In this document: positions 38,445 to 48,958 of the stretch, one piece after another | Layout: the number at the start of each line of letters is the position of its first letter | Position numbering within the stretch: the first letter of the stretch is position 1 | Source of the DNA: Treponema sp. | Lineage (GTDB): Bacteria; Spirochaetota; Spirochaetia; Treponematales; Treponemataceae | Length of the DNA: 63,961 nucleotides | NCBI GenBank assembly: GCA_024693915.1 | Contig: JAILKG010000057.1 | Span: 1-63,961, forward strand | Direction of reading: 5' to 3' | The notes under the pieces: model-generated | Database searches by the model: none | Told to the model about the DNA's origin: nothing | Seen by the model: the letters and a program-made list of their open reading frames with translations, nothing else | Program-made: the position numbers and the translations under genes

Positions 38445-38473
38445 ATTCTAGCGAATGTGAGTAGTTAGGTCAA
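38445..38473 (-). promoter_or_regulatory. sigma70 promoter of nfnAB (leadered)
   Basis: TTGACC-N17-TAGAAT; GAGG SD downstream. Confidence 0.7.
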
Positions 38474-38537
38474 ACTAACTCTATGTATAGCTCATTTGAC
38501 CTGTTTTTCTTTCTTGCTTTTCCGATCTAACTCTTCT

Positions 38538-40172
38538 TTACCAGCCGTATGCCAGATAAATAAAGGCACCAAGTCCACTTCCTTTAAAGCTGGAAGCAAA
38601 ACTTGAACTCTGAACAGAAACTCCTGCATTAAATTCCAGGGCTCTAAAGTTCACCCCGAATACCGCTTCATGAATAAAGCTTTCGGAAAGATAGCCGGAA
38701 GAAAGTTTTAAGGAAAGAATCTGTCCTATAACAGGAACTGGTAGTCCGATTTTTGAAGAAATCTGATATTCCATATATCCCTTTGAATTAGAGCTGAAGG
38801 GATCCTTAAATCCAAATCCAAGAAGTCCGCCAACAGTAAACCAGGTACCAAAAGGTTCCCAGGCAACCTGAGCTCCCAGTCGGAAAGGCCTGTGCAGAGA
38901 ATAATCTACAGAACTGTTAGAAGTACTCGAATCAAAAGAAAAATTTTCTTTGAACTGTTTGTTCAGTTTTTCACCAAAGTCACCATCGTCATCAGCTTCA
39001 TCACCTAAAAGGGTATTCAAACCGTCAAAATGACCATCTGCACTTGCCAAAAGCTCTGTTTTATAATTCAGGCGGCCAGGAACAATTGGAATTCTGGAAT
39101 AAGCCTGAAGACAGAGGCTTTTCATAATCTGCTTATCAAGGCTGCTTGCAATATCAAAGCCCCAGCCGTTTTTAATCTGATTTAAGATCAAATCCGGAGT
39201 AAAATTTTCCTTGGCTTCATTTACATCAAGAAAGGTGTAAATATTCAACTTTGCTTTTGCATCAAGATAAACTTTACCATCTGAGGAATTCTTTAAGTCT
39301 CCCACTGCCTTTTCTGTTACAACATGGGCAACAGGTCTAAAAAGTGAAGGAGTAATTTCAAGATGATAACCGTTCAAAATTGTAAGACCAACAGTTACAT
39401 CTGTATGAACAAAGGCATCTGCGTAGGCATCTCCTGTCACCTTAATTGACTGGCCAAGTCCGTTACCATTTGCAAGGAATTCAAAAATTTCTTTTCCAAG
39501 ACCAAAATTTCCGTTCATATCAAGACCGGCATTAAAGCCAACATGAACACCGTTCTTAAGATTCAAATTTGAAAAGGCATTGTAACCAAAAAGCAGATTG
39601 AACATAAGACCGTTATCCGGCATGTCATCCGCAATTTTATTTACATCGACTACGAGATTTTCTACCATCATGTCAGAAGCATTCAGATAGCTGTTATTCA
39701 CACCCAGATTGAATTTCATGCCCATTTCAAAAGTTCTATGAGGCATATCAATTCGATCCCTTACAAATTTAGGGTCTTTAACAAGAATAACTTCTTCTTC
39801 ATCTTCCGGATCAAAATATTCGTCCTCAAAAGAATCATCATCGTCTAAAAGTGCGGCAGATGCATCTCCTGCACTTCTATCCGGTACAATTCCAGGATCA
39901 TCCGGTCTATCCTTCAAAGGAGCAGACACATCGTAATCCGAAGAAGCTTCTGCAAATGAGTCTGAAGCATTTGAAGCAGAGTCAGAAGAAGCAGCCAGGT
40001 CAGAAATACTTCCTTCATCCAGAGGGGAAGAATTATCTATAGAAGAACTTTCACTTTCAACAGCAGTAGAATTTTCCAAATCCGCAAAAGCTTCGGCTTT
40101 TTTATTCTTTTTTGCAAAGGCCCCGAAGGCAACAAAGCAGGCTAAAGTAGAAATCAGTATAATTTTTTTCAT
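38538..40172 (-). CDS. Predicted outer-membrane beta-barrel protein with an acidic N-terminal arm
   Basis: SPI-type signal peptide; alternating amphipathic strands; C-terminal AFIYLAYGW beta-signal. Confidence 0.7.
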   Translation of the reverse strand: MKKIILISTLACFVAFGAFAKKNKKAEAFADLENSTAVESESSSIDNSSPLDEGSISDLAASSDSASNASDSFAEASSDYDVSAPLKDRPDDPGIVPDRSAGDASAALLDDDDSFEDEYFDPEDEEEVILVKDPKFVRDRIDMPHRTFEMGMKFNLGVNNSYLNASDMMVENLVVDVNKIADDMPDNGLMFNLLFGYNAFSNLNLKNGVHVGFNAGLDMNGNFGLGKEIFEFLANGNGLGQSIKVTGDAYADAFVHTDVTVGLTILNGYHLEITPSLFRPVAHVVTEKAVGDLKNSSDGKVYLDAKAKLNIYTFLDVNEAKENFTPDLILNQIKNGWGFDIASSLDKQIMKSLCLQAYSRIPIVPGRLNYKTELLASADGHFDGLNTLLGDEADDDGDFGEKLNKQFKENFSFDSSTSNSSVDYSLHRPFRLGAQVAWEPFGTWFTVGGLLGFGFKDPFSSNSKGYMEYQISSKIGLPVPVIGQILSLKLSSGYLSESFIHEAVFGVNFRALEFNAGVSVQSSSFASSFKGSGLGAFIYLAYGW

Positions 40173-40174
40173 GA

Positions 40175-43100
40175 TTAGTTACCTCCTATCAAGGCATTTT
40201 CACCGCCAAAGATATTGATTTCTCCGTCGGTCTTAATCTGAACAAAGACTTCTGCCGCAATTTTAGCAGATTTTGGCATATAAACCTCACCGGCAGGCAG
40301 TTTAGCAGTAAGTCCCGGATTAAAAGGATAGGTTTTCATTATTTCCTGGAATTCATCAGAAGTAATCTGAAGTTCCTTATTTTTACCCAGTTCCAGCTTT
40401 TTCTTTCCAACAGCTGGAACTTTTGTATCCATTTCAACACTCATTGATAAAGAATCACTATCATACTTCAGAACTTCGTTGCTCAGTGAATATTTTACTG
40501 AAACAGAATCAAGAAGATCCAAAATCATCTTCATATCATCCATATTAGTAGCTTCATCACGGCCAAAGAGGTCTTTTGTTTCTTCCGAAGAAGAAGCTTC
40601 TCCACCTTCCCCGCCAGAAGATTCAGAATCTTCCGAATCCTTGTTTATAAAGCCCATAATATCAATTAAAACTTCGTCACCACTTTCAGGAGCAACTTCA
40701 AAGCGGAAAGGAAGCACAAGGCGGGCCTGAATACTGATGCTTGTAGTAGAGTTTTCGCTTTGAGACTTATTTTTAAGCTCATCGAACTGCTCTTTAGTTA
40801 CCACAAAATAGTCTTCATCACCGCCAAGAGTAAGGTCATAGACAATGTTCATTGATCCCTTTGCCCTGGAGTTTATAAGCCCTGCCAGATCTGTATCAAC
40901 TGAACTTGCGCTGGCCTTTATCTCTTTTGTAACCTTCAGCTCTTCAAGATTTTTCTGACTGTCAAGTTCTGGAATTGCGCTGACAGTTCTAAGTTCTTTA
41001 GGATTGACTGTTTCCACCATATTTCCAGTTCCATCATCCTCACTTGTAACATCCCCAAGAATCACTTCTGAATGAGTTACTACCGGGTGTTCAGCATCTG
41101 TTTTATCAATTGTCTGAGCAGTAATTGTTCCTGCAAAAGGCAGCATAGACTGCAGGGCTTGAAGATCCGGCATTACGCAGTAAAGGTAAATTGGAAGGCT
41201 CTTGATTTTAAGTTCATTGATAAAATTCTGATCACCAAGTTCGTCAGTAAAGGAACTGAGCATGGAAGACATATCAATTCCAGTATCAACAGAAGAAGAA
41301 AGGTTATCACCAATCAGAGATTTTTTGATTCCAGCAGAAGTCCAGTTCATTTCTGCCAGCGGTTTTTCCATCTTAATAGAATATTTCTGTCCTGGTTCAA
41401 TTTCCTTGAAAACTGCAAAATAGTCAAAATCAGGGTTAGAACCGTACTTGCTGATAAATGCAGCATCATCCACTTCATCGTGGCCTGGAAGAATCATTTT
41501 AAGGGAAACATCAACAATATGATTAACCTCTGGTTCGATTCTTGTATTTCCCTCTTTTACAAGTTCAATAGTATCCACATAATTTACATTCTGTGTACTT
41601 CCGTCTTCTGCTCTTTCTTCCTGGGTAAGATCTCCCCAGCTGTAGATTTTTGAATCTTCATAAGTGATTACATCGCCGCTCTTGGAACCAAAACCAAAGA
41701 AGGCAGAATAATAGCCCAGTTCGATGTTATTTATGGTAGATTTTGTTACATTTCCACTTTCGTCACGACTGGCATTTGAAGGGAAAGTATTGGAATAAGG
41801 AAGTTTGATTCCAAAATCTTCAAGTTCGATATAGGAAATATAATCCGACATTTTTGTACCGGACTCATCCAGATCATAGCTTACTTCATAGGTCAAAAGG
41901 CTTTCACCGCTTTCGCTTGTAAGCACGCTCTTTAAGTTCACCGCAACTTCATCGATATTTTCTACCCTTCCGGTAGTATCAATTGTAATTTTTCTTGTAT
42001 TGTCATTAAAAACAAAGGTTGCATTTTCAATATTTACAAGGATTTTTCCGCTGATAGAAATGGAATTCTTTTCGTAAGACTTTCCGTTCAGCACCAGCTC
42101 TTTGTTCATAATGGCATTTGCTTTGTAGAACTCAGTATTGCTCTCAGGAATTTCCCTGAAATCTCCCGTACCAGCAGTAATTCCTCCGCTTATGGAAAGC
42201 TGAGGAGTAAAAGTAATACCACTCCAGCCAGCAGGTTCGTCACAAGTCATGAAGAGACTACCTTCTCCTATTTTGCATTCCATAAACATATCATTGTCTA
42301 CAGCATCGATTTCATAAGGATTTCCGCTGTCGTCAAGAATGTCAATTTCTCCGTTTTCACCCAGATCCATTGTTACACCGGTGATTTTTGAAATATTTGT
42401 GCCGCTGCTAAAGGAAACATCAATTCCGTATGAATAATAGTCGTTAGCGAGTTCATCATCTGTTGAAGAGTGGAAACTTGAACCTGCAAAAGAAAGTTTT
42501 ACCTTCGTAGAAATAGACTTATTTTCAAGAGGCAGACTGAGCACTGTAGGAACTCCGGCAGTATTAGAAATTCTTACAGGGTCCCCGGAAGATGTAACCA
42601 GCTGATACTCTTGTGTAGCACCGTCGTCAAAATTACATTTCATGCTTACAGAAAGGTTTACAATCATTTCTTCAGGAGAAGTTGTTCTTGGTGTAAAGGT
42701 CAAATCCAGGGAACCTGCAGAAAATTCAATTGTACCGATTTTATTTTCTTTTTCTTCAGCTCCTTCTCCGCTTGTTCCGGATTTAACATCAATAGGAATA
42801 TCAGGCATAACAGTTTCAGTCGATTCGTTGTTGATGCTAGGGTTATCCAGCATCTGAAAATCTTCAACATCAAAGGTAATTTTTTCCAGCATTTCAGAAC
42901 TAAAATCAGGGAGTTCAATTTCCATGCTTTTCTGAAGATATTCGTTCAAATCAGGAATTTCCACCTCAGGAATATCAACCGGGCAGTCCAGCTTATCGCC
43001 CAGGGCAGATTCAAAATCCATGTTTTCTGGAAGCATTTCGCCAATATCCAGTTCAATTTTCTTTACGGAAATATCAGCTACAAACTGCTTTTCCTTTTTT

Positions 43101-43393
43101 CCGTCGTCCGGGTCGTATTCGTAAAGATTCAGCTTTACAGAATCCTCTTCACCAGACTCGCTTCCGGAACTTCCGCTTTCCCCTTCTGAATCAGAAGAAT
43201 TCATGTTCTTGTTGATTTCGTCACAGATTTTTTTTGTGGACATAATGTCATCAAGGGATTTAGTAATTTTTCCCAGAGAAAAATTGTATTCCGCTTTGGT
43301 TTTTACAGAAATTGATTTTGGAATTTCCCATGAACAGGCTGCAAGAAAAACAATAACACCTGCAATGAAAACTGCTTTCAAAAATTTATTCAT
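40175..43393 (-). CDS. Large acidic beta-rich lipoprotein (1072 aa)
   Basis: FLAAC lipobox; SD GGAGG; stop 2 nt before the barrel gene start. Confidence 0.8.
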   Translation of the reverse strand: MNKFLKAVFIAGVIVFLAACSWEIPKSISVKTKAEYNFSLGKITKSLDDIMSTKKICDEINKNMNSSDSEGESGSSGSESGEEDSVKLNLYEYDPDDGKKEKQFVADISVKKIELDIGEMLPENMDFESALGDKLDCPVDIPEVEIPDLNEYLQKSMEIELPDFSSEMLEKITFDVEDFQMLDNPSINNESTETVMPDIPIDVKSGTSGEGAEEKENKIGTIEFSAGSLDLTFTPRTTSPEEMIVNLSVSMKCNFDDGATQEYQLVTSSGDPVRISNTAGVPTVLSLPLENKSISTKVKLSFAGSSFHSSTDDELANDYYSYGIDVSFSSGTNISKITGVTMDLGENGEIDILDDSGNPYEIDAVDNDMFMECKIGEGSLFMTCDEPAGWSGITFTPQLSISGGITAGTGDFREIPESNTEFYKANAIMNKELVLNGKSYEKNSISISGKILVNIENATFVFNDNTRKITIDTTGRVENIDEVAVNLKSVLTSESGESLLTYEVSYDLDESGTKMSDYISYIELEDFGIKLPYSNTFPSNASRDESGNVTKSTINNIELGYYSAFFGFGSKSGDVITYEDSKIYSWGDLTQEERAEDGSTQNVNYVDTIELVKEGNTRIEPEVNHIVDVSLKMILPGHDEVDDAAFISKYGSNPDFDYFAVFKEIEPGQKYSIKMEKPLAEMNWTSAGIKKSLIGDNLSSSVDTGIDMSSMLSSFTDELGDQNFINELKIKSLPIYLYCVMPDLQALQSMLPFAGTITAQTIDKTDAEHPVVTHSEVILGDVTSEDDGTGNMVETVNPKELRTVSAIPELDSQKNLEELKVTKEIKASASSVDTDLAGLINSRAKGSMNIVYDLTLGGDEDYFVVTKEQFDELKNKSQSENSTTSISIQARLVLPFRFEVAPESGDEVLIDIMGFINKDSEDSESSGGEGGEASSSEETKDLFGRDEATNMDDMKMILDLLDSVSVKYSLSNEVLKYDSDSLSMSVEMDTKVPAVGKKKLELGKNKELQITSDEFQEIMKTYPFNPGLTAKLPAGEVYMPKSAKIAAEVFVQIKTDGEINIFGGENALIGGN

Positions 43394-43619
43394 TTTGACC
43401 TCCGAAAATTAGAAAGCCTCTTTTAGCGCACAAGCAGGTCACAGTAAGCAGAAAACTGCGCAATTCATCCATAATATAACAATTATTTAAGGAAATAGTA
43501 TCACAGTATAAAAATAAATACAAATAATTTAATCGTTTTTTTGGGAAACTTTAGGCCTTATTTAGAAAGCCCACTCCACCGGGACATTTTTCTTTGAAGC
43601 ACATTTATTTTTAAATACA

Positions 43620-43855
43620 GGGTGGCAAGGCCTCCACCTACTGGCCTTCCAGGGCTACCCTGACGGTCGGTGGTTCGCTCCAGCTAAAGCTGGCGCTCCC
43701 CACGGCTTAAGGCTCAGGCCTTTGCCAGCTTTATGCTTAAAGGCTGCCTGCAAAAAAGCAACCCGGGGCGGCCCCTTGCCCATAAAATAAGCAAAAGTCA
43801 GAAGGAGGCAGGAAAAGCAAAAGCCAGAGCCCCGCCCCCTTCCACGCCAGCCCAC
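43620..43855 (+). repeat. Family A copy A3
   Basis: CTAC-TGGC-CTTCC-AGGG ... CCCT-TCCAC-GCCAG; shares GGCCTTCCAGGGCTACCCTSACGGTCGGTG with A2. Confidence 0.8.
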
Positions 43856-43924
43856 AAAGCCGGTCTTAAAAAGAGTTTCCCTTCCAAAGACCAGCGTCGG
43901 CCAGATAAGTTTATTTTACCTTTA

Positions 43925-43954
43925 CTACTTCTTTAGTAGCGCAGCAAAAGGATT
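43925..43954 (-). repeat. Second copy of the last 10 codons of tex
   Basis: 27 of 30 nt identical to 44011-44040; encodes the same NPFAALLKK*. Confidence 0.85.
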
Positions 43955-44010
43955 CGATCGCGCGCGTGAGCGCGCTAGTTAATAGTTTCCTTAAAGTTCC
44001 CCGAGCGGAG

Positions 44011-46440
44011 CTACTTTTTAAGTAGCGCAGCAAAAGGGTTATAACTCATACCGTCGTCGCTGCCGTAGTTTCCGCGGTTTGCAGAGCGGTCGCGATTTCC
44101 AGAAGCAAACTGCTTGTTGCCATCCCGACCGCCATTTCCATTAGCAGAACCCTTCTTTACGATTACAACCTTTCTTGCTCCGCCTGCAGACTGAGTTCCG
44201 GCCTCTTTTGAATCAGAAGCACGGCCTGCCGCACGGGAAGCCGCGCTCTGTCCAATTCGGCTTGCAGCGTCACTCTTAAGGCTTAAACTGATTCGTTTTC
44301 TGTCCCTGTCCAGACCGATAATTGTGAACTCGTGAATATCGCCAACCTTTACTACTTCCATGGGGTCAGAAACAAAGCTGTCGCTAAGCTCAGAAACGTG
44401 AATCAAAGCGGTTTCGTGGAGTCCGATGTCAACGAATGCACCGAAGTCTACAACATTCTTGATTTTTCCAGTTACTTTCATGCCTTCTTTAAGGTCTTCA
44501 AACTGAACAACTCCCTTCTGCATGATTGGTGCCGGATATCCGTCACGAGGGTCGCGGTTTGGCTTCTGCAGCTCGTCAATAATATCGTTCAAAGTTGTTT
44601 CACCGATATTGTATTTTTCACAAAGAGCTTTTCGTGTGGCGTTGTCAATTTTTCCACCGGCTTTTACAGCAGGAAGAACTTCTCGGGCAACGTCATAGTT
44701 TTCAGGGTGAACCCAAGTATTATCCAGAGGATCAGAACTTTCCTGAATCTTCAAGAAACCTGCGCACTGTTCAAAAGCTTTTGGTCCAAGACCAGGAACT
44801 TTCTTCAAATCCTCGCGGCTTAAAATTTTTCCGTTTGCATCACGGTATGCAACGATTTTCTTTGCAGTTGTTTTGTTGATACCAGAAACGTAGCTCAAAA
44901 GCATGTAGCTGGCTGTGTTCAGGTTTACACCTACATTGTTTACAACCGAACTTACTACTTCGTCCAGCTGTTCAGCAAGTTTTTTCTGGTTTACGTCGTG
45001 CTGGTAAAGTCCAACACCAATTGCCTTTGGATCGATTTTTACAAGTTCTGCAAGAGGATCCTGCAGACGGCGACCCATAGAAATAGCACCACGAACCATT
45101 ACGTCAAGGTCAGGAAATTCTTCTGTTGCAACCGGGCTTGCTGAGTAAACCGAAGCGCCAGATTCGTCTACAACTGTGTATTTTACATCGCTGTCTGCGT
45201 AGTTTTCGCTGATTACTTTTGAAACGATTGCCTGAACTTCCTGGCTACCAGTTCCGTTTCCAACAGCCAAAACCTGAATATCGTACTTGTCGATAGCGTC
45301 GTTGATTGCATTGTAAGCGCCTGTTGGATCCTGCTCCTGGAAGATTTTAAAGAATCCAAGATATTTTCCTGTTTCATCCAAAGCGGCACATTTAGTTCCG
45401 TTTCTGTAACCTGGGTCAATTCCAAGAACGCGGCTTCCCTTGATTGGCTGAGTCATAAGAAGGTTTTTCAGGTTTTCACTGAAAATACCGATTCCGTGAT
45501 CGTCAGCTTCGTCCGTTTCGTTAGAGCGGATTTCGCGAACTACGGCAGGTGAAAGAAGACGAACTACACCGTCTTCAATAGCGTCTTTGTGATAATGATT
45601 GTTGATTACAGCCTTTTTCTGAAGATCGAGAACAGCAGCATCTACATCGATGTCGATTGTAACTGAAAGAGCACCTTCCCGCTCTGCACGGTTGATTGCA
45701 AGAATTCTGTGAGGTTTAATCTGATTCAGTGGCTCTGTGTAATCCCAGTACATCTGGTAAGTTGAAGTTTTTGCGGCAGCTTCCTCAGACTGGCCTTCCG
45801 GTACAATACCCTTTGTTACGATATTTCCAGTAGCCATATAAAGATCGTGAATTGATTCGCGGTTCTTTGAATCCTGGCTTACTCGTTCAGCAAGAATATC
45901 TTTTGCTCCCTCAAGAGCGTCATTAGCAGTTTCTACGTTCAAAGCAGGATCTTCGTTGTCAGTTTTGATATATTTTTCTGCCTCTTTTTCGATTTCTGCA
46001 TCGCTCATTACAAGCATTGCGTCTGCCAAAGGCTCAAGTCCCTTTTCCTGGGCAAGCATACCACGGGTCTTTTTCTTTTTCTTAAATGGAGCCCACAAAT
46101 CTTCAAGGGCAGTAAGGGTAGAAGCCGACATAATTGCTTCATAAAGGCTGTCTGTAAGTTTTCCCTGAGCAAAAACACCCTTTACAATTTCAAGACGGCG
46201 TTCTTCAAGGTTTTTATATGATTTAAACGAATGGTCAATTGCAGAAACCTGAACTTCATCCAGGTTTCCTGTTTTTTCCTTTCGATAACGGCTGATAAAA
46301 GCTACAGTACAATCTTCATTAAAAAGACTGATAACTGCACTAACCTGCTGGGTCTGAATATTCAATTCCCCGGCAATTTTTTTCATAATTTCAACTTCGT
46401 TGACAACTAAAGCGTCAACTGCTTCTTGTGTAAATTCCAT
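44011..46440 (-). CDS. tex: Tex transcription accessory protein (YqgF-like, HhH and S1 domains)
   Basis: FISRYRKEKTG, LGIDPG, ESGASVYS, RRLQDPLAELVKI, C-terminal S1 domain. Confidence 0.95.
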   Translation of the reverse strand: MEFTQEAVDALVVNEVEIMKKIAGELNIQTQQVSAVISLFNEDCTVAFISRYRKEKTGNLDEVQVSAIDHSFKSYKNLEERRLEIVKGVFAQGKLTDSLYEAIMSASTLTALEDLWAPFKKKKKTRGMLAQEKGLEPLADAMLVMSDAEIEKEAEKYIKTDNEDPALNVETANDALEGAKDILAERVSQDSKNRESIHDLYMATGNIVTKGIVPEGQSEEAAAKTSTYQMYWDYTEPLNQIKPHRILAINRAEREGALSVTIDIDVDAAVLDLQKKAVINNHYHKDAIEDGVVRLLSPAVVREIRSNETDEADDHGIGIFSENLKNLLMTQPIKGSRVLGIDPGYRNGTKCAALDETGKYLGFFKIFQEQDPTGAYNAINDAIDKYDIQVLAVGNGTGSQEVQAIVSKVISENYADSDVKYTVVDESGASVYSASPVATEEFPDLDVMVRGAISMGRRLQDPLAELVKIDPKAIGVGLYQHDVNQKKLAEQLDEVVSSVVNNVGVNLNTASYMLLSYVSGINKTTAKKIVAYRDANGKILSREDLKKVPGLGPKAFEQCAGFLKIQESSDPLDNTWVHPENYDVAREVLPAVKAGGKIDNATRKALCEKYNIGETTLNDIIDELQKPNRDPRDGYPAPIMQKGVVQFEDLKEGMKVTGKIKNVVDFGAFVDIGLHETALIHVSELSDSFVSDPMEVVKVGDIHEFTIIGLDRDRKRISLSLKSDAASRIGQSAASRAAGRASDSKEAGTQSAGGARKVVIVKKGSANGNGGRDGNKQFASGNRDRSANRGNYGSDDGMSYNPFAALLKK

Positions 46441-46595
46441 AGTAAATGGGATTTTAACTGAAAAACAAGGGCTATAGCAACTAGAAATAAAATAAAGTTT
46501 GGGATTTTTTGAAAAAAAATTATAAGCGCTAAGCCGGATTTTTTCTTATCCCCAGCCCGCGCATTTATGATTAGCTTTTTGATTTTGAAAAAAAA

Positions 46596-47474
46596 TTACA
46601 TAGGAAGCAAATCTTCCATAGCGCTACCCCTTTTGTGGCTTGCGGCGCTAAAGAGTTTTGTCAAAAGCTCATTGCAGTTCTGGCTCATAATTTCATAAAG
46701 CTTAGGAGTCAAAAGCTGCTTGTTCAGAGCATCCAGACCGGCAGCTCCGGTTTTTGTAGTAAATGCAAAAACGTATAGTTCTCCGTTTTCAACAGTACGC
46801 TTCATATACATTACAGCATCACTTCTGATATGCAGACCATGGATTGTAAACTGAATATCAGAAATTTTTTCATATTCTGCAATTTCAATTGTTCCATAAG
46901 GAAGAGTAAATGAAAAATGGCTTATGCTTATATCATTCAGTTTTCCGGAAATTATCTCGCCTTCTTCTGTAGTAAACTGAAAACTACAACTAGAAGTACA
47001 TACGGCGCGAACATTTTTTCGCCTTCCCATTGCCTGATTTGCAAAAAGAGTTTTTTCGATTATCCCAAAGTTGTTCTTTTTCTGGTATTCCAGCTGAATA
47101 CAGCCGCACTGAAGCCCAAGAGTGTACAAATAAACATGCTCAATCATCGCTTTTTCAGAAGGAGTCTGCCTTTTTGTGTAAAGAACACCAAAAAGGGCAT
47201 CTTCATGCTTGAGTTTCAAAGTCTGAATCAGGGAAATCCACTTTAAGTTCTGAATCGGAAAATCTATATTAAAGAAAAGAATAGAATCTTTAAATGTATC
47301 AAGTATCAGTTCAACCTTTGTTTCCATTGGAAGGAAAATATCATTGTCGATAAAATAACACTCGTAACCCATTGTAAGATAATCCTCCAGAAATGACTGA
47401 GGAATTAGAGAATGATCCGGTGCTATAAAGAAGGTTTTTCTGCCCTTTATAATTTCATCGATAATATTCACCAT
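46596..47474 (-). CDS. PilZ-domain protein
   Basis: RKNVR (RxxxR) and DISISH (DxSxxG with G to H); TTGATT-N17-TATATT-N7-ATG upstream. Confidence 0.65.
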   Translation of the reverse strand: MVNIIDEIIKGRKTFFIAPDHSLIPQSFLEDYLTMGYECYFIDNDIFLPMETKVELILDTFKDSILFFNIDFPIQNLKWISLIQTLKLKHEDALFGVLYTKRQTPSEKAMIEHVYLYTLGLQCGCIQLEYQKKNNFGIIEKTLFANQAMGRRKNVRAVCTSSCSFQFTTEEGEIISGKLNDISISHFSFTLPYGTIEIAEYEKISDIQFTIHGLHIRSDAVMYMKRTVENGELYVFAFTTKTGAAGLDALNKQLLTPKLYEIMSQNCNELLTKLFSAASHKRGSAMEDLLPM

Positions 47475-47716
47475 AAATTCAAATATACTCCAGAATTAGT
47501 CAATAATCAAATTAATTTTTTGATATACTTTCTTCAAATTTGAGGTTAAAAAACTAAAAAAAAATCCCTGCTCTGCCATGAAAAAGCAGGTCATTAAAAG
47601 CCACAGAGGTGCAAAAAACCTCAAGGCCAGTTTTTTAGCAAAAAGACTTTCCGTCCTGATTTCCATTCTTATGATTTTAATTGAAAATCAGGACTTTTTA
47701 GTTCTAAAGGACATTT

Positions 47717-48946
47717 TTAGATAAAGTGCTTAATTCCGTGATGTTCAATAAGTTTGGTTTTTACCGCAACAATATAACTTCCAAACATTGTTGTAAGAAC
47801 ATCAAAAGCAGCGGCAAAAGAGCAGATTATTGGAGCAGCCGGTTTTACAAGCAGATAACCGGTTTCAAATCCGCGGCTGTAAAGGGAACACAAAATCGTA
47901 AGGGAAATAAATGCTCCCCCTGACGGATAGCTTCCCAAAAGGAAAGAAATAGCAAAAGATGTAAAGAAAATCCAGATTACATCGGTAAATGGAATTGTAA
48001 GGCTGGAATAACTTCTCCATATTACAATAAAACTAACCGTTGTAACCAGGGCAGAACCGCCACGGGCAAAAATTGTAAAAAGTGGATGAGCCACACCGTT
48101 TATTCGGCGTCTGATACCCAGACTTTCTTTTCCGTGGCGCATATTAAGCTGAAGAACCAGAGTGCTGTCTCCGCTAAAAAATGCCGTAATCACAGAACAA
48201 ATTGAAGCATATAAAATTTTGTATGGATGAGGATCGTGACAAAGGTAACGGATAATCAGAGGGTAAATAATTCCGGCAACAACGATAAAATCCACAAGAA
48301 GAATTATAATCAGAGGTGTAAAAACTCCGCTTGAAATTATACTCCTGAACTCGATTGTCCAGGAAGTAAGAATTGCAACCATTCCCACAGAAAGAAATTC
48401 TGTAAAAATTACGCTTATATTGTACATCAGTTTGGAAAGGGAATCAGAAAGAGTTGTAATCGGCTTAAAAAGAATAGGGTCAGCAGTAGATGCAGCTCCT
48501 ATCAAAAGAGCAAAAAAGAGGGCTGCCAGAAGATAAGTTCCGTTGCTCAAAGTTTCAAATGCTGAATAAGGAAAAATACTTCTTAAAAGGTTTCCTGCAT
48601 TCAAAGAAAGGCTTTCGTTTACAGTTTCAACAGTAATAGGAATTCTTGGAAGTTTTACAATCAGAATTGAAAGAAGGCCCACAAGAGTCAAAAGCAGTGA
48701 AGAAAGAATTATTACGCTGAAAGTCCAGATTCCGGTTTTTACCAGAAGCTTTGTGTCCCTCAGTCTGTTAAAAGCGGTAACTGCTGTAAAGAAAAGCACA
48801 GGAATTACCATATAGCGTCCAAAGCGGATTGTAATTTCAGTTATAAATGCAATAGCTTCCTGAAGTTTAGGATTCTGCACAGGAAGTATAAGTGCACATA
48901 AAATTCCAATAAAGGCACCAATAAGGTATTTTATCCAAAGTTTCAT
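47717..48946 (-). CDS. Dicarboxylate/amino acid:cation symporter (DAACS) family protein
   Basis: Multi-TM; TAFFSGDS hairpin-like motif, PSGG. Confidence 0.75.
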   Translation of the reverse strand: MKLWIKYLIGAFIGILCALILPVQNPKLQEAIAFITEITIRFGRYMVIPVLFFTAVTAFNRLRDTKLLVKTGIWTFSVIILSSLLLTLVGLLSILIVKLPRIPITVETVNESLSLNAGNLLRSIFPYSAFETLSNGTYLLAALFFALLIGAASTADPILFKPITTLSDSLSKLMYNISVIFTEFLSVGMVAILTSWTIEFRSIISSGVFTPLIIILLVDFIVVAGIIYPLIIRYLCHDPHPYKILYASICSVITAFFSGDSTLVLQLNMRHGKESLGIRRRINGVAHPLFTIFARGGSALVTTVSFIVIWRSYSSLTIPFTDVIWIFFTSFAISFLLGSYPSGGAFISLTILCSLYSRGFETGYLLVKPAAPIICSFAAAFDVLTTMFGSYIVAVKTKLIEHHGIKHFI

Positions 48947-48958
48947 AAATTTTCCTTT

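Noticed and set aside
43925-44040. Diversity-generating retroelement TR/VR, or stop-codon readthrough, for the tex tail repeat
   Set aside because: Only 30 nt, differences are not adenine-specific, no reverse transcriptase is nearby, and the copy is out of frame behind a stop.
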